Assembly (NCBI GenBank): GCA_050084985.1
Contig: JBITNC010000002.1
Location: 19,964,001 to 20,028,000 of the forward strand
DNA length: 64,000 nt
Source: Nageia nagi
Taxonomy: Eukaryota > Plantae > Pinophyta
Direction: 5' to 3'
The position numbers and the translations under genes are program-made. This document shows positions 1-12,051 of this stretch, in pieces (the stretch's first letter is position 1; each line of letters opens with the position of its first letter). The notes beneath the pieces are model-generated. The model did no database searches. It saw nothing but the letters and a program-made list of their open reading frames with translations, and had not been told where the DNA came from.

Positions 1-2091
1 GCCAAGGAATCCAACTCGTCCAAAGTTGTCAACAATGCGCCAAATCTGAATAGGAGCCCATATGAGTATCAAAATCCCACCAAGGTAATGATAATGTTGT
101 TGTCGAGGAGTGGGAAACAAAAAGAATGATCCCAAAGAATCAACAAAGAAAACACCACACTGCTGCTACGCTCTGAAGCCCTCCTGTGAAGCTCTGAAAT
201 CTATCTACTGCACTCTAAAATCCTGGAATGAATAATCCATGAAATGTTGTTGTTCTACCATATCCATACTAATATAAGTGAGAGGATATCCTCACACTCT
301 ACAATATGCTCCAATAAATCTGAAGAAATAGGATCCACATCATCTACACGGATAGAAGTGAGAGGAAGGAACTCACACTCTACAACATGCTCTGAAGAAA
401 TTGGGACCGCATCATCTACATTGATACAAGTGTGAGAAAGTACCCCACACTCTACAACATGCTCCAATAAATATGAAGAAACTGGATCCATATCATCTAC
501 ATTGATACAAGTAAGAGGAAGGACCTCACACTCTACAACATGCTCTTCTAAACTCAGGAACTGGCTCTACTAAATCCTCATGAAGAACCTCATCATAACT
601 AAGGAATATTTTACTAACTTTATCCAATGTATCATTAAAACATCTAATTGCCTCAGGAACTCCTTGCAAATTATCTTCAAAACGTTTCCATAGATCATGA
701 TCCTTTTTTGTTTTTTTTTTTTTTAAAATATCAAAAATTAAGATTGCTCGATAACTCTGAAATCAACTCAAATCTTTCTGAAATTGTTGCTATAGATAGG
801 TACCATGCATTCCCATCCATATATGAAATTTGATAAAAAAAACTAATATCATATGCAACAATTATGAAGATTTCATCTTTGCCCCTTTTCTATCAAGATC
901 TCAATCACTAATTCTATCATAAATTGGCCAAACCAACTTGAAATGCTCTGAAATTTTTAACGAATCTGTGTGATATTGATATCTAAAAACGTTCCAAATT
1001 TCAAAAGCAAATTCAAACGAATGTAAAAGATATGATCGATTTACTACTACCCCTTCTAGATCTTATAGCATTTATAAGGAGATCTCATTGTTCTTCACAC
1101 AAAATTTTCGATGTAGGTCCAAACATTCTGAAATTTAAACTGTGTACTCTTGAGATATAAATCTAAAAACCCTCTAAATTTCAATAGCAAAATCCCAAGG
1201 ACAAAAAAGATATGTTCAAATACTTATTCCCTTTTTTCACAATTCTAGATCTAGGGTTTATAAAAGGAAATACAAATCGTCTCATAAATCAATCAATACA
1301 GATTCAAACGATCTGAAATTTTTACAAAATGAAGCTCTTATCTATACCAAAATTATCCAAAAATTTCAGAAGCAAAAACCCCTTACTTCACCTTACACAA
1401 TCACTTTATTGCGAAAATTGAAATGCTTATAAAATCTACAAATGAGCTCCAAAGTACCTAAAATTTTTACTGAGCCTTGTTGACGTGAGTATCCATAAAC
1501 ACTCAAAATTTCAGAAGAAAATTTGTCCGGATGTGCAAGATATGAACGATTCAATTCGAACCAACCCAAAACAAAAAACCCTTCAACTTCTCCAAACTCA
1601 CAAGAACCAAGACCATGCTCTAATACCAGATGTTAAGAACTTGCTATTTCATAATAACCAGATTATTCAAAAGTACATATGAAACCACTCCACTATGCAA
1701 ATACCATTCAAATATGTCAAACCAATACAAATACCACTTACTGAAGTAACTGAATCGCTTGCACCACTTCGAGGGGGGCACCTCGTAGAGAACAAATTCT
1801 CTCCTCAATATGAAACTATATTCCTTTGCTTGCCTATTACAATAGGGAAGGCCTCATATAAATAGCCTTTTATAACCCTTCACCTTCCAAACCTATTACA
1901 TATGGGATAAATACTAATATAACATAAATAACATGTTATGGGGTCATAACATTGCCACTTCTTTAAGCAAGCTTTATCCTCAAAGCTTGTACACACCATA
2001 AATCAAAACATAATAGCCTACACACATTAACATAATCCTACCACACATCCCTACAAAATAGCCTACTAATCTACTAAGGAGGGTCATTACA
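1..2091 (-). mobile_element. 5' part of an LTR retrotransposon: LTR about 1631-2091, tRNA-iMet PBS, leader and degenerate coding remnant running off the window
   Basis: The minus strand reads TGTAATGACCC at 2091 through ...TTAACA at 1631, then the PBS variant TGGTATTAGAGC (1617-1628). Confidence 0.75.
291..545. repeat. Tandem repeat of 72-81 bp units (about 3.3 copies), in frame on the minus strand
   Basis: Recurring CACACTCTACAACATGCT...ATCATCTACA. The minus translation repeats EHVVECE...VDDVDPISS. Confidence 0.85.
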
Positions 2092-2329
2092 ATACCTCAT
2101 GAAACAAAACACCATACACAAATCAACATTGTGTTCTTTCAACATATCCGCCTCCTACAGCCATAGATTAACTTTAACATATAAGCTACAAAAGAACTTT
2201 AACCACACCATGTCATAATCAAAATAGCATTAAATATAATCATAATCATCAAAGGATATTTAGTTGTTCTTGCTGCACAAAATGCACTATGTCATGGTGA
2301 ATATCATTAGGCGAGATCAATCTACAATC

Positions 2330-2765
2330 TAATTTTTAGATTGCTTCCAAATTAGCTAATATATCAGCTACCTTATTACCCTCTTGGTATGTATGTCTAA
2401 CTTTTGATGCTTCAAAATGTTGAACACATCTCTTAATATCTCCAAAGACATTACCTAGTTGCTAGTTGATTATTTTATCTCCCTTAAGACAATTAGTAAT
2501 ATTCATTGAATTCCCTTCAACCATTAATCTTGAAACACCTATGGTTTTTGCCAAATCGAGTCCTACTTGTAGAGCTCTCCCTTCTACTTGATGGCTCATT
2601 GTTTTTCCTAAGTATTTACAAACTACTCCTCTGAGTTCTCCTTTTTGATCTCTCACTATTGCCCCTACCCTTGCCTCCCCCAAGTTAACTTTGGATGCAC
2701 CACCAAAATTCATTTTTAACCAACCTTCCAAAGTTGGTAGCCATTAGGTATTGGCCCTTAAAAAG
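2330..2765 (-). mobile_element. Plant non-LTR (L1-type) RNase H domain relic
   Basis: WLKMNFGGASKVNLGEARVGAIVRD...EGRALQVGL...VEGNS...HTYQEGNKVADILA is typical of the LINE C-terminal RNase H-like domain. Contains an internal stop. Confidence 0.8.
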
Positions 2766-4891
2766 CTTTGGTCAGATTTCTTATTTCCAATGGTTGCAAG
2801 TTCCACAAACTATTGATCCTTGCTTCTTGAACTGATTCTAGTTTTACAAACTATTGATCCATTGCCTCTTGTTGTGGACTTTGGTATTGGACCTCAACCT
2901 GAGATTGAGACTGACCATAACATTGAGACTGAGCCCGATGATGATTGCCTCCTCATATCACTACTACTAGGATTGGATTCTCTCCTACTACACCTACTAT
3001 TGGAGCACATGGCGATGGTCCTAGTGGCCAATTGACTAATAAAAGGGCTAGAGCTTTGGGCCATCCACGTTGATGCCTTAACATTGTATTTAGTTATTTA
3101 CTAGTTTTTGTACTTGGTGGCACTCGACGATATGAGATAGTACACTTATTAGTAGACATTTAACATACATTTTGTAGATGAATTTCATATATTGATGTTA
3201 TGATTTATGAATATGAAATTATGAATTATGATTCATTATCATTTTCTTTAAATTTTATGTCATGAATGTTTTGTTGGATAATATGGCCCATATTGAAATG
3301 ATTTAATATTTATCACAATTAGATAAGCATATTCTATAAAAAAAACAAAACTTTATTAATGTACCACGTATTTTTTCCCAAATTTATCGTTTCTTTCTCA
3401 CTTATTTCTGTTTTTTTCCAAATTTGTCATTTTTTGTGCCACATTTTTTTCTTGTTTTTCCTGAATTATTGATGAAGTTTTAAATTTGACCCCAAGCCAT
3501 ATTTCCAAAAAACCTTTTTTGTATACTATGCTTGATACACAGAAACTAATAACTTGTTTAAAACAAGTGCACGATTGGATGTACAGAATTCAATGTCAGC
3601 GACTCAGCATTACAACTTGGACTAATGTAATTAATGCATTTCTCATATTCAACCTGATGAAGTTGGACACAGACATTATCAAAGATGTATAAAAGTAAAG
3701 GCAGAAAAAATTGTGGAACAAAAAAAGGATTTTCAATCTGCAAATTTGACCAGTTTTCTTACATGATTTCCAAAAACATTTCAAACTGCGCAAAACATAT
3801 TTCTTCAATAAAGTAACCCAATGTTGGGATCTTTTTCCTTACTCTTACAAAGACCACTTGGGGTGATAAATGGAAAGGCATCCAACATGTGGTCGAGGCT
3901 ACATGACTAACCTCCGCTTGCAAGGACTCGTTACCCCAAGGGTTCTACATCTCAAAATTTGGTCTATAGTGGTGATAAGAATTTGGACTTGGAAAGGCCT
4001 AGTGAGGAGGAGAGACTACAACTATTACCATGTTTCCTGTGGGCACTGGAGTTGTTTTACACCAATTGAAAGGATAGACTTTTAATGATAAAAAAAAAAT
4101 AACAATAGAAAAAGCTAAAGAAAATACAAAAGTGGGGATGATGGCATATGAGGTGAATACATTCAATGACAAGTCCACCGATGGATTAGGGGTCAGATCA
4201 CTTTCTTTGTGGATTTATTATGATGTGCCTACTCTCGTGTCCAATCCTTGCCACAAATGACTAAGTCCAAGTTGAAAACAAGACAGAGTTGTTACCAAGC
4301 GCAACAATATGAGTACCATATCAAACCAAAGGGCATAGAAAGAACTTCACTAACACACATCCATCTGAATGCGAAAGGGTGAACAATGTCTATCAAGTAT
4401 CAATCACCCAACTTCTTAAGGTAATTCGTTTAACTTTCTTACAATCATACACTCAGAAGAAATGCTCACAAGTCATGTAACATCCACAGATAAACACCAA
4501 GTACAAGTACTCAAATTCACAATCCCATTAAGTGGAACAAGTCTTGATTTGACTAAGTCATGCACAACATTCACATACAAGAGTCTTAAAGTTTTTAGCA
4601 AAAATGGCAATAGTTTCCCCCTCTTGAGCCAATGATCATCCTCCTTCACAAATGAGCCCTTTAGGGCTATTTATAGTTTTGAAATGTTGCCCTAACCCTA
4701 ATTCAAATGAAATTCAACTAAAATTAACCTTAATTAATTGTGGTCCAATAAAATTACGCCAAATGTCCACATCAAATTTATCCAGCACTTGTGGGAGCAA
4801 ATCCTCATCCATCATCAAAAGGCAAAACTAGAATGTATAAAACTTGAGGTCTAAAATAAAGAGATTATGCAAAATAAAATAAAAAACTAAT

Positions 4892-7800
4892 CTAAGCTGC
4901 AAGATGGTCTTCAAAGTGATCATCCAAGAATCCTTCCACCACCTCCACTCCAAAGGTGATTTCTTCACATGCCTTTGTCTTTGTGTCAATGAACTCTGCA
5001 ATATCACTGCTGCCCTAATCCATATAGGACTTCCATGCATGTATCTCCATCATGTGTCAAATGTGACTTCTCGTCCAATAGACATTCATAACATCCCTGC
5101 AAATCAACCCCTTCACCATGTGTTGTACCTTTGTGACTACCAAACCTACTTCTCTAATCACATCGTCTTCTTCAAGGAACTTGACATCATATCCAAACTT
5201 CTCCAATCACAAGTGCACTTTGTCCTTCATCTCCCCTACAACCTTAATCAACTCTTAGCATTGGGCATTTGCATGGCGTATCCAACCAAGATGATACTAA
5301 TACTCCCTACAAAACTATATACAATCAAGCCTATTCACCAACTCTTTTTGCAAATCTACAATGGTTGGGCATTTTTGATCTCGCTTCTCAAGCATTTGGG
5401 CCACTTTTGTTGCAATTTCATCTACCCTTTCTTCTACTCTTGCTAGTTTTCGAAGGGTTGCCATAAATCGTGTCACTAAATCTACAACTCTTGGCTCAAT
5501 TCTCCTTTGACAATAAACAATCCTTCATTCAAAAGGATTTGCTTCCTAATGTCCTTCGATGTCATCCTTGCCATCTTTATTTCCTTCATCAATTTCTTTT
5601 GGGCAGCCAATTCATTCTTCAAGCCTTTGATCTCTTTCTCCTTCTGCAACCCATCCCTTGCTATGGCATCGATGTTGGCAATGATGGCATGTTTCCTTCT
5701 AACTATCCCAATGGTTCTTGTCTCTATCACGCGAGTAACTTCCTCCAAGTTACCTTCACCTTGAGGATTGTTTTTGTCTATGTACATTGTCTTCATGTGG
5801 ACCAAATTCTCCTTCATCTTGACATATGTTTGGCTCTTGCCAACTCGGGTGGAACTCTCTCCAACTTGTTCTTCATCACCATCTTTGAACTCTTCACCCA
5901 CATCCATCTGGAAGACATTGAGGCACTCCTTCATATCAATATCCCAATCGTCATCTACTCTAGGTTGAGCCTGATGCTCATGGTGTGGAGACCTCATATG
6001 ATATGATCTCTTGACTGCTACTCGTGATGTTGGGCTTTTCTCTTTGCTCCTCAACAAGAAAGGTTCGATGATGAATGACTTTGCTTGTCTTCAAGTATCT
6101 CAACTGAATTTTGACTAACCTCATCATCTCTAGTGCATGCTTGATCTTCTTTGTCATATATGTTCATGGCCTAGGTGCCAACCTGTCCTTCAACTGAAGC
6201 ATTATATTTTGAACTCAAAGATGGTGAATACGAAGGTGGGACAACTGACCTTGGAGTTTGTCTTGATCTTCTAATAGGCTTCTCCATGGGCAATGGATCC
6301 TTAATTCTATTTCTAACACACCTCACCCTCATATCCATGGCAACTTCTTCCAATTCATCCAAAGTATAATCTTTCATTCGTTCCTTGACCTTTTCCATTG
6401 TCTTGTCTACTCGCTGCTTCACACACATGGTGGCATATTGTCCCAATTGCCCTTCCTCCTCCAAAGAGTATAGAGTAAGCTGTGAATGTTAGAATTTGTA
6501 ATGTAATATTGTGTAATATCTCTCTTTAATATAAACCCACTATGTAAATCCACTTAATGCTTAAAGTATCTCTAGATACCTTAAAGTATTAAGGGAATAA
6601 ATATAGAAAAAGCTTTAACCTTACCCTTGGGTAAAAGGGAGGTTAAAGAGTGGGTTTCATCTTGTAAATATACAACTTGAAAGCAAAGCTATACTATAGG
6701 TTTATAGTTAGGAGAGGTAAGAAAAGATCTTGTAAGAGAAGTCCTTGAGGATAAGAAGATCTTGGTTAGTGGATGTACTCCCAAGGAAGGAGGAACCACT
6801 ACATCTTGTGTTCATTGTGAGATTGGCTTGTGTTATTATGCTATTATGTTGATGTTGTAAGTGCCTTCTTGAGATCTTGGTAGATTAGGAATTAATTCAA
6901 AAAGGGTTAATTTCATCAGTGAAGTGGACTCACCTCGCACCCTAGCCTTAACAGTTGAAAGGGATTTGTCAATCTTTTCTTCAATCACCCTTTGCTTCAC
7001 CTTAGCTTGTTCATACAATTGGGCACATATCCTTTTGATTTCAGCCTCACTACTCACATTTCTAAATGTCTCTTCATCCCCTATTGGCTTATGATTATAT
7101 CCCCTCTTCCTTTCTTTTATGTAGAGGGCGTGTATTATGATTGGGGTCATAATGTTGGGCCTTATCCATTTTCCCAAAACAATACCGCTCAAGCTCTTCC
7201 TTCATAGTCTCCACATCTATCCATAGGCAACATTGATACCCACCCACTATGACTGGCAAATTTGTAGTAGCAAATTTTTTATGCCAAACATGTTCATGCA
7301 AGAATGTTAACTGCCTCATCATCTCCATCAAGATCAACCTATTACTAACATACTAAGGCAATTAATATGGCTCTATGGAGAACCCATATATCCTAATATA
7401 AGAAATGATTGGATCTTATAGGAAGAAGTTGCCATATCTCTTGAGAGAATCTTTTGCAGATTTCGAGATTCTTGGCATTGATACTTCACCCTTCAACTCT
7501 TTGTATAACTCATATTCCCAACCATCATTCCTCATGAAGAAGTTGTTCCACCTCCTTTCAATTTTCCCTTTGGGGTAGCATTGCCACACTAGATGACCAC
7601 CTTCTCTCAACGTGTCTTCATCAACAAAGGTTGTAGGCCTATACTTGCCATCAAGTAGCAAGTACACCAAATAAGAATTCATGTAGAACCTCTTGGTGGT
7701 GTTGATGGAGGATAGTTGATTGGCAATAGTGTCGCTGATGATCTTGCTCCATTTGATCTTCTTCCCTTTGCTAATCATGATGATGAACCCAAAGAAGTCC

Positions 7801-8420
7801 TTCTGAAACTAAGTGTCATCTTCCTTCCCTAATACTCAAGACAACATGTTGACAATCTTGTTGACCGTGGGGATGATGTTGGTTCGTTTGGCATTGACCA
7901 ATGGGTTAAGCTTCAATTCCCTATGCTTAGCAAACATCCAATCCTTAATCATGGAAGTTGATATATTAGTCGCTTGGTAGAGGGCTAAGGACTCTTCCTC
8001 AATATACTCAAAATTACTCTCTTTTGTCCATTGGAAAGCCTTCTTCACCCCTTCTAGACTGAAGTCCATGATGACTTCATCCTTCATGTCACGAAGCACT
8101 CTCTCCTCTATTTTACAATGTTGGCTAAGTTCAACGCATAGCTCTAGGAATGGCACCACAAAAGAGATGGTGGTTCCTGTGAACAATCCTGAGAAGAACT
8201 AAATGTCATGCTTCAAGACCACTGGATCCATCCTAGAGACCTTCTCGAATATTTGCACACGACTAATATGTTGCTAGTTTGTGTCTCCAATGGTGGCAAA
8301 ACAATTCTTGGAGAACCTAGCCCCTTTTCATAAGGATTCTCTCCTCTCATCCATCTTGATGGGGCTACCTCTCATCAACCAATCCAACTCCCTAGTAGTG
8401 TCACCCTTGGGGGTCCTCAT
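4892..8420 (-). pseudogene. Degenerate retroelement accessory ORF (about 1000 codons, charged and probably coiled-coil C-terminus), split by a solo LTR
   Basis: Collinear minus ORF fragments 7836-8186, 7416-7778, 7095-7337, 6836-7192, 6171-6464 and 5482-6057. ATG at 8420, with TATAAAA at 8585-8591. Confidence 0.6.
6487..6918 (+). mobile_element. Solo LTR of a copia family (related to LTR 57324-57813)
   Basis: TGTTAGAATTTGTAATG...TTTCATCA, flanked by the perfect 5-bp TSD GTGAA (6482-6486, 6919-6923). Shares GTGGATGTACTCCCAAGG..GGAGGAACCAC with the other copia LTRs. Confidence 0.92.
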
Positions 8421-8923
8421 CTTGATCACTTCAAGCAAATTCGAGAACTGAAGACAACTCCCCACACAACACCAAAACTCACAAGCTTTGCAAATGAAAC
8501 CCTATCTCACTGTCTTCTTCTCAAGGTGCACACTTGTGGAAGAGCAGACAAATTTGTGATTTGAAAATAGGCTCCTACTCTTCCTTTTATAGCAAAATTA
8601 GGGCAAATTTCACTCTAAGTCAGCTATGATTGGCTAAAAAAAGTGACTTTGAATTTCCCCACAAGCTTGGCCGACCTAGGAAAGTGTGTCGTTCAAAAAA
8701 TTCAAAATTTAGCCTTTTCTGCCCATGCATTCGAACTGGGTGGCCTCTCCCTCTGAGCACACCCCAAAAAAGTCATATTTTTCACTTCTAAAATGATGCG
8801 TTTGACCTAAGAGGCCCCCTAAGTTGGGTGCATCTCCAAAAAGGTCATAATTTTGTCTTTTAAAATAATGCACCTTCATCTTTGCACGATTTCAAGCTGA
8901 TCTTGACATCTCCCAAGCCAACA

Positions 8924-8996
8924 CTTAGTCAATTTTCACCTCAAATCCTTAGTCAATTTTCACCTCAAATCCTTAGTCAATTTTCACCTCAAATCC
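8924..8996. repeat. 24-bp tandem repeat, 3 copies
   Basis: CTTAGTCAATTTTCACCTCAAATC three times. Confidence 0.9.
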
Positions 8997-10891
8997 CTCT
9001 GGAGGCCACCTCAAGTTGGGCACATGCCTCAAAAAGTCATTATCTTGTCTTTTTTCTTCATGCGCTTGGACTAGGTTGCTTCCCTCCTTGAGTGCACCTC
9101 TAGAGAAGTCATAAAGTTGTCTCTTTCTTCATGTGCTTGGACTAGTTTTCTTCCCTCCTTGAGCGCACCTTTAGAGAAGTCATAACCTTTTCACCATGCA
9201 TTTGCCTTCTTATGTGTTTTTAAGTCAATTTTGATGTTTTCGGGTTCATGCCTTAGCCAAATTTTCATCTTGAAGTCACCTGAAGTGTTTTCCAAGCCAA
9301 GCGCATGCTCCTAATATTTTTGTCTTTTTTTACATGTGCTTGCTCCTTGGGCATTCCTCGTCTGGATGCATGTCAGAAAGACATAATCATGACTTTTCTT
9401 GTCATGCGCTCAACCACTTAGCCACTTTTTGTTTGAAAATCCATCTCGTAGGTTGTGATTTTGCATTTTTGATAACCTTCACTCCAAACTAAGACTCTTC
9501 CTCACCAGGTGCGTGCCCAAAAAAGTCATAAACTTGTCATTTTTCACCATGCGCTCAGCCTTCTCGCAGACTTCTCCTTAGGTGCACCTTCCAAAAAGTC
9601 ATAAATCATGCACCCCACTCCTTAGCCAATTTTTGGGTTCCTAGACTTGAGCCCTCCATATCACTTGGCTAGACTTTCCTATTTTCCAGACTTAGTCAAT
9701 TTTTGACACCTTCACATTTGGGCTCATTGTGACCATGACTGGAAGGAATATGCAACACTTAGTTCCTAGCAATGTATCGAGTGATTGTGACAAGATGGAT
9801 GAGACTCTAGTTTCAATGGTCATGATTTGGCAAAATTCTTAGGTCCTCAAAATTGCAGATTCATCTTTTTTACGAGCCTAGATGTTTTATAAATTATAAT
9901 CCTTAACAAGTTTTTTGTGAGTTTTGCGAGCATAACTCCTTGGCTTTGCATGTCTTTATTAGTCCAAAGGGAGAAGAAACAAACCAAGAGACAAAATATT
10001 AGCAAAACTTCATATTCCACACAAAAATATTCAGTTATTGTTTATATGGTTATTTTGGTTAATGATGTATATCATTGAGAATGTTTGGTTAAGGATTTTA
10101 TGATAATTTTTACTTTTGTGAAATTTGCTAAGCTTGTCAAGTCTTTGCCAAGCATTTTGGTCGGTCCATGTCAAAAATAGATCTAAAGAGCCTGAGCCGA
10201 ACAAGTCTCTGCAGTATGTTATACAGAGTAGAATGAAATACATTTGTTCAAATGATAACATCCAAGAACTCATAAGCTCCACTAAAAATCCAAAAGTACC
10301 ATCATCAAACACCTTTAAATGGTACAAACTTTCGAATCAAAATTTCCTTTACTTGCTACCACAAGTTATAAGTTTCCAGTCATAATTTCAGCTTTATATT
10401 TGGTATCACGCTCCCTATATTTGCTCTTTGTTTGATTATAATATCAACCTTCCTATATTTGTTGCATAAAAATTAATTTAATAACATCTCACTTTTACTT
10501 CACATTCCAGAGACAACATGTTTTCTTGAGCAGCTTTTTTATTAAAATTTAGGTTTATACAATTAATCAAACACATATAGGTGGTCAAAAACATTTTAAA
10601 AACTTGAATGCAATACAGCCATTTTTTCCATAAAACATATTATCCCTTTGGCACTGACATAATCACCCACACCATGCATGTTAACTTTTTATTTCCCTTA
10701 CAGTATCTAGACCATTATCTACTAGCATGCGTGTTGTGCAGGAGATGATATGTTCTCGTTGTTCTCATGAGTCATGAGTACTTTAAAAACAAATATGAAA
10801 CTTGCAAACAAAAAATTTGAATATAGGAAATGCTATGAATGGAAAAAATGAATATGCCAAAAAGGGATTAAACTTGAAGCTAAAATATTAC

Positions 10892-10951
10892 CACATATAA
10901 AGCCTTACCACCTCTTACAAAGCCTCGAGTACCATCAATGGGATCAAGCAC
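10892..10951 (-). CDS. Exon 5 of the PAP-specific phosphatase gene; the gene continues beyond the left edge
   Basis: Acceptor GCAG|GTG, donor GTG|GTAATA. Translates VLDPIDGTRGFVRGGKALYV, the DPIDGT catalytic signature of the IMPase superfamily. I found no downstream exon (VGLAL...) in 1-10891. Confidence 0.95.
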
Positions 10952-11825
10952 CTGCTCAAGACATGAACATTATTAGTTAGATGCGGATACTAATACAGAT
11001 TACAGATTGTTATATCTCATTACCAATGCACATCTTTACACACATTTGCCTTACCCATATATAATTTTGCTTGAATTACAAAAAAAAACAAATATAGATG
11101 CAACAAATGTTGCCTTACCCATATATACTTTTGCTTGGATTAAAAAAAAAATTATCAATGCATCAGATGACAGCCAAAGTCAAAATGCATGGTTTGTTTT
11201 GATTTGATGCTGCACATAACCATGCCAAAAGATTGACTTTTTAATGTACAATATCAACCATGATCCATTATAAAAGACAAAATATATACAAAAGTAGGCT
11301 TCTGCCAATGATTATCTAACATATACTGGAGAAATTTTACGGCCAATATTCGTTTGGATTAAAAATTTTGAAATTTGACATTTTGAAGAATATTTGGCAA
11401 AAAAGCAATAAATTAAAAAGGCAAAAAATACTAAATTTACATAAAATGCTTCACATGGCAATTATTCAAGAGTTGTTCAGTGATTGTTCAACAATTTTTC
11501 ATTTCCATTGAGTCCAAAGATATTTGGCCACATAAACCAAACACTCACTGAATTTTGTAACTATGTTCTAACATATTCACACATTAATGCAAATGCAGCA
11601 AATAAAATATTGCAAGGTTATTGACTAATCATTTTGATTTAAAGGATTGAGAATAGCAATTAATCAGATGGTCTAATTGATGATGAGGTTCCTCAAGCTA
11701 AAACTCCGTTCTTTATATTTGATTCTCTAGCATAGCTGGTCATCCTCAAAGCGAGCATTTGATTTCAAGCAGTTGAGAAAAGATTGCATAAATTTTCTCG
11801 TCTTAATACTCAGAAGCAATACCTT

Positions 11826-12051
11826 CATTCCATACCAGTGACCTGTTCTTTCATATTTTGCAATTCCAAGAACAAATGTAACCTGATTGAAAAGCAGTTG
11901 CAAACGATTCAGATTGCGTAAGGTTTCTCGTGTTATCACTCTGAAGCAAGACCATTCCCTATCAGTGATCTGTTCTTACATATTTTGCAATTCTGCAATT
12001 CCACTAACACATGTAACCTGATTGAAAAGCAGTTGTAAATCATTCAGATTG
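11826..12051. repeat. Imperfect direct duplication, period about 130 bp
   Basis: CAGTGA.CTGTTCTT.CATATTTTGCAATTC...ATGTAACCTGATTGAAAAGCAGTTG...ATTCAGATTG twice. Confidence 0.85.

Larger units (their letters stand above)
3822..10030 (-). mobile_element. Large degenerate LTR-retroelement segment: repeat-rich upstream part, accessory ORF, then an LTR-like promoter/U5 region; boundary near 10030 uncertain
   Basis: Ends ...CCCAACA at 3822 on the minus strand. TATA CTATAAATAGCCC near 4664-4676. 3880-4900 is homologous, inverted, to 18095-19190. Tandem repeats at 8700-9700. No gag/pol seen. Confidence 0.6.

Noticed and set aside
2770-3530. Probable hAT-type 3' end (…GTATACTATG)
   Set aside because: Only one terminus-like end is visible and there is no TSD
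4904-6006. Long plus-strand ORFs of 180 and 178 aa
   Set aside because: Leu/His/Phe-rich antisense shadows of the minus-strand charged accessory ORF
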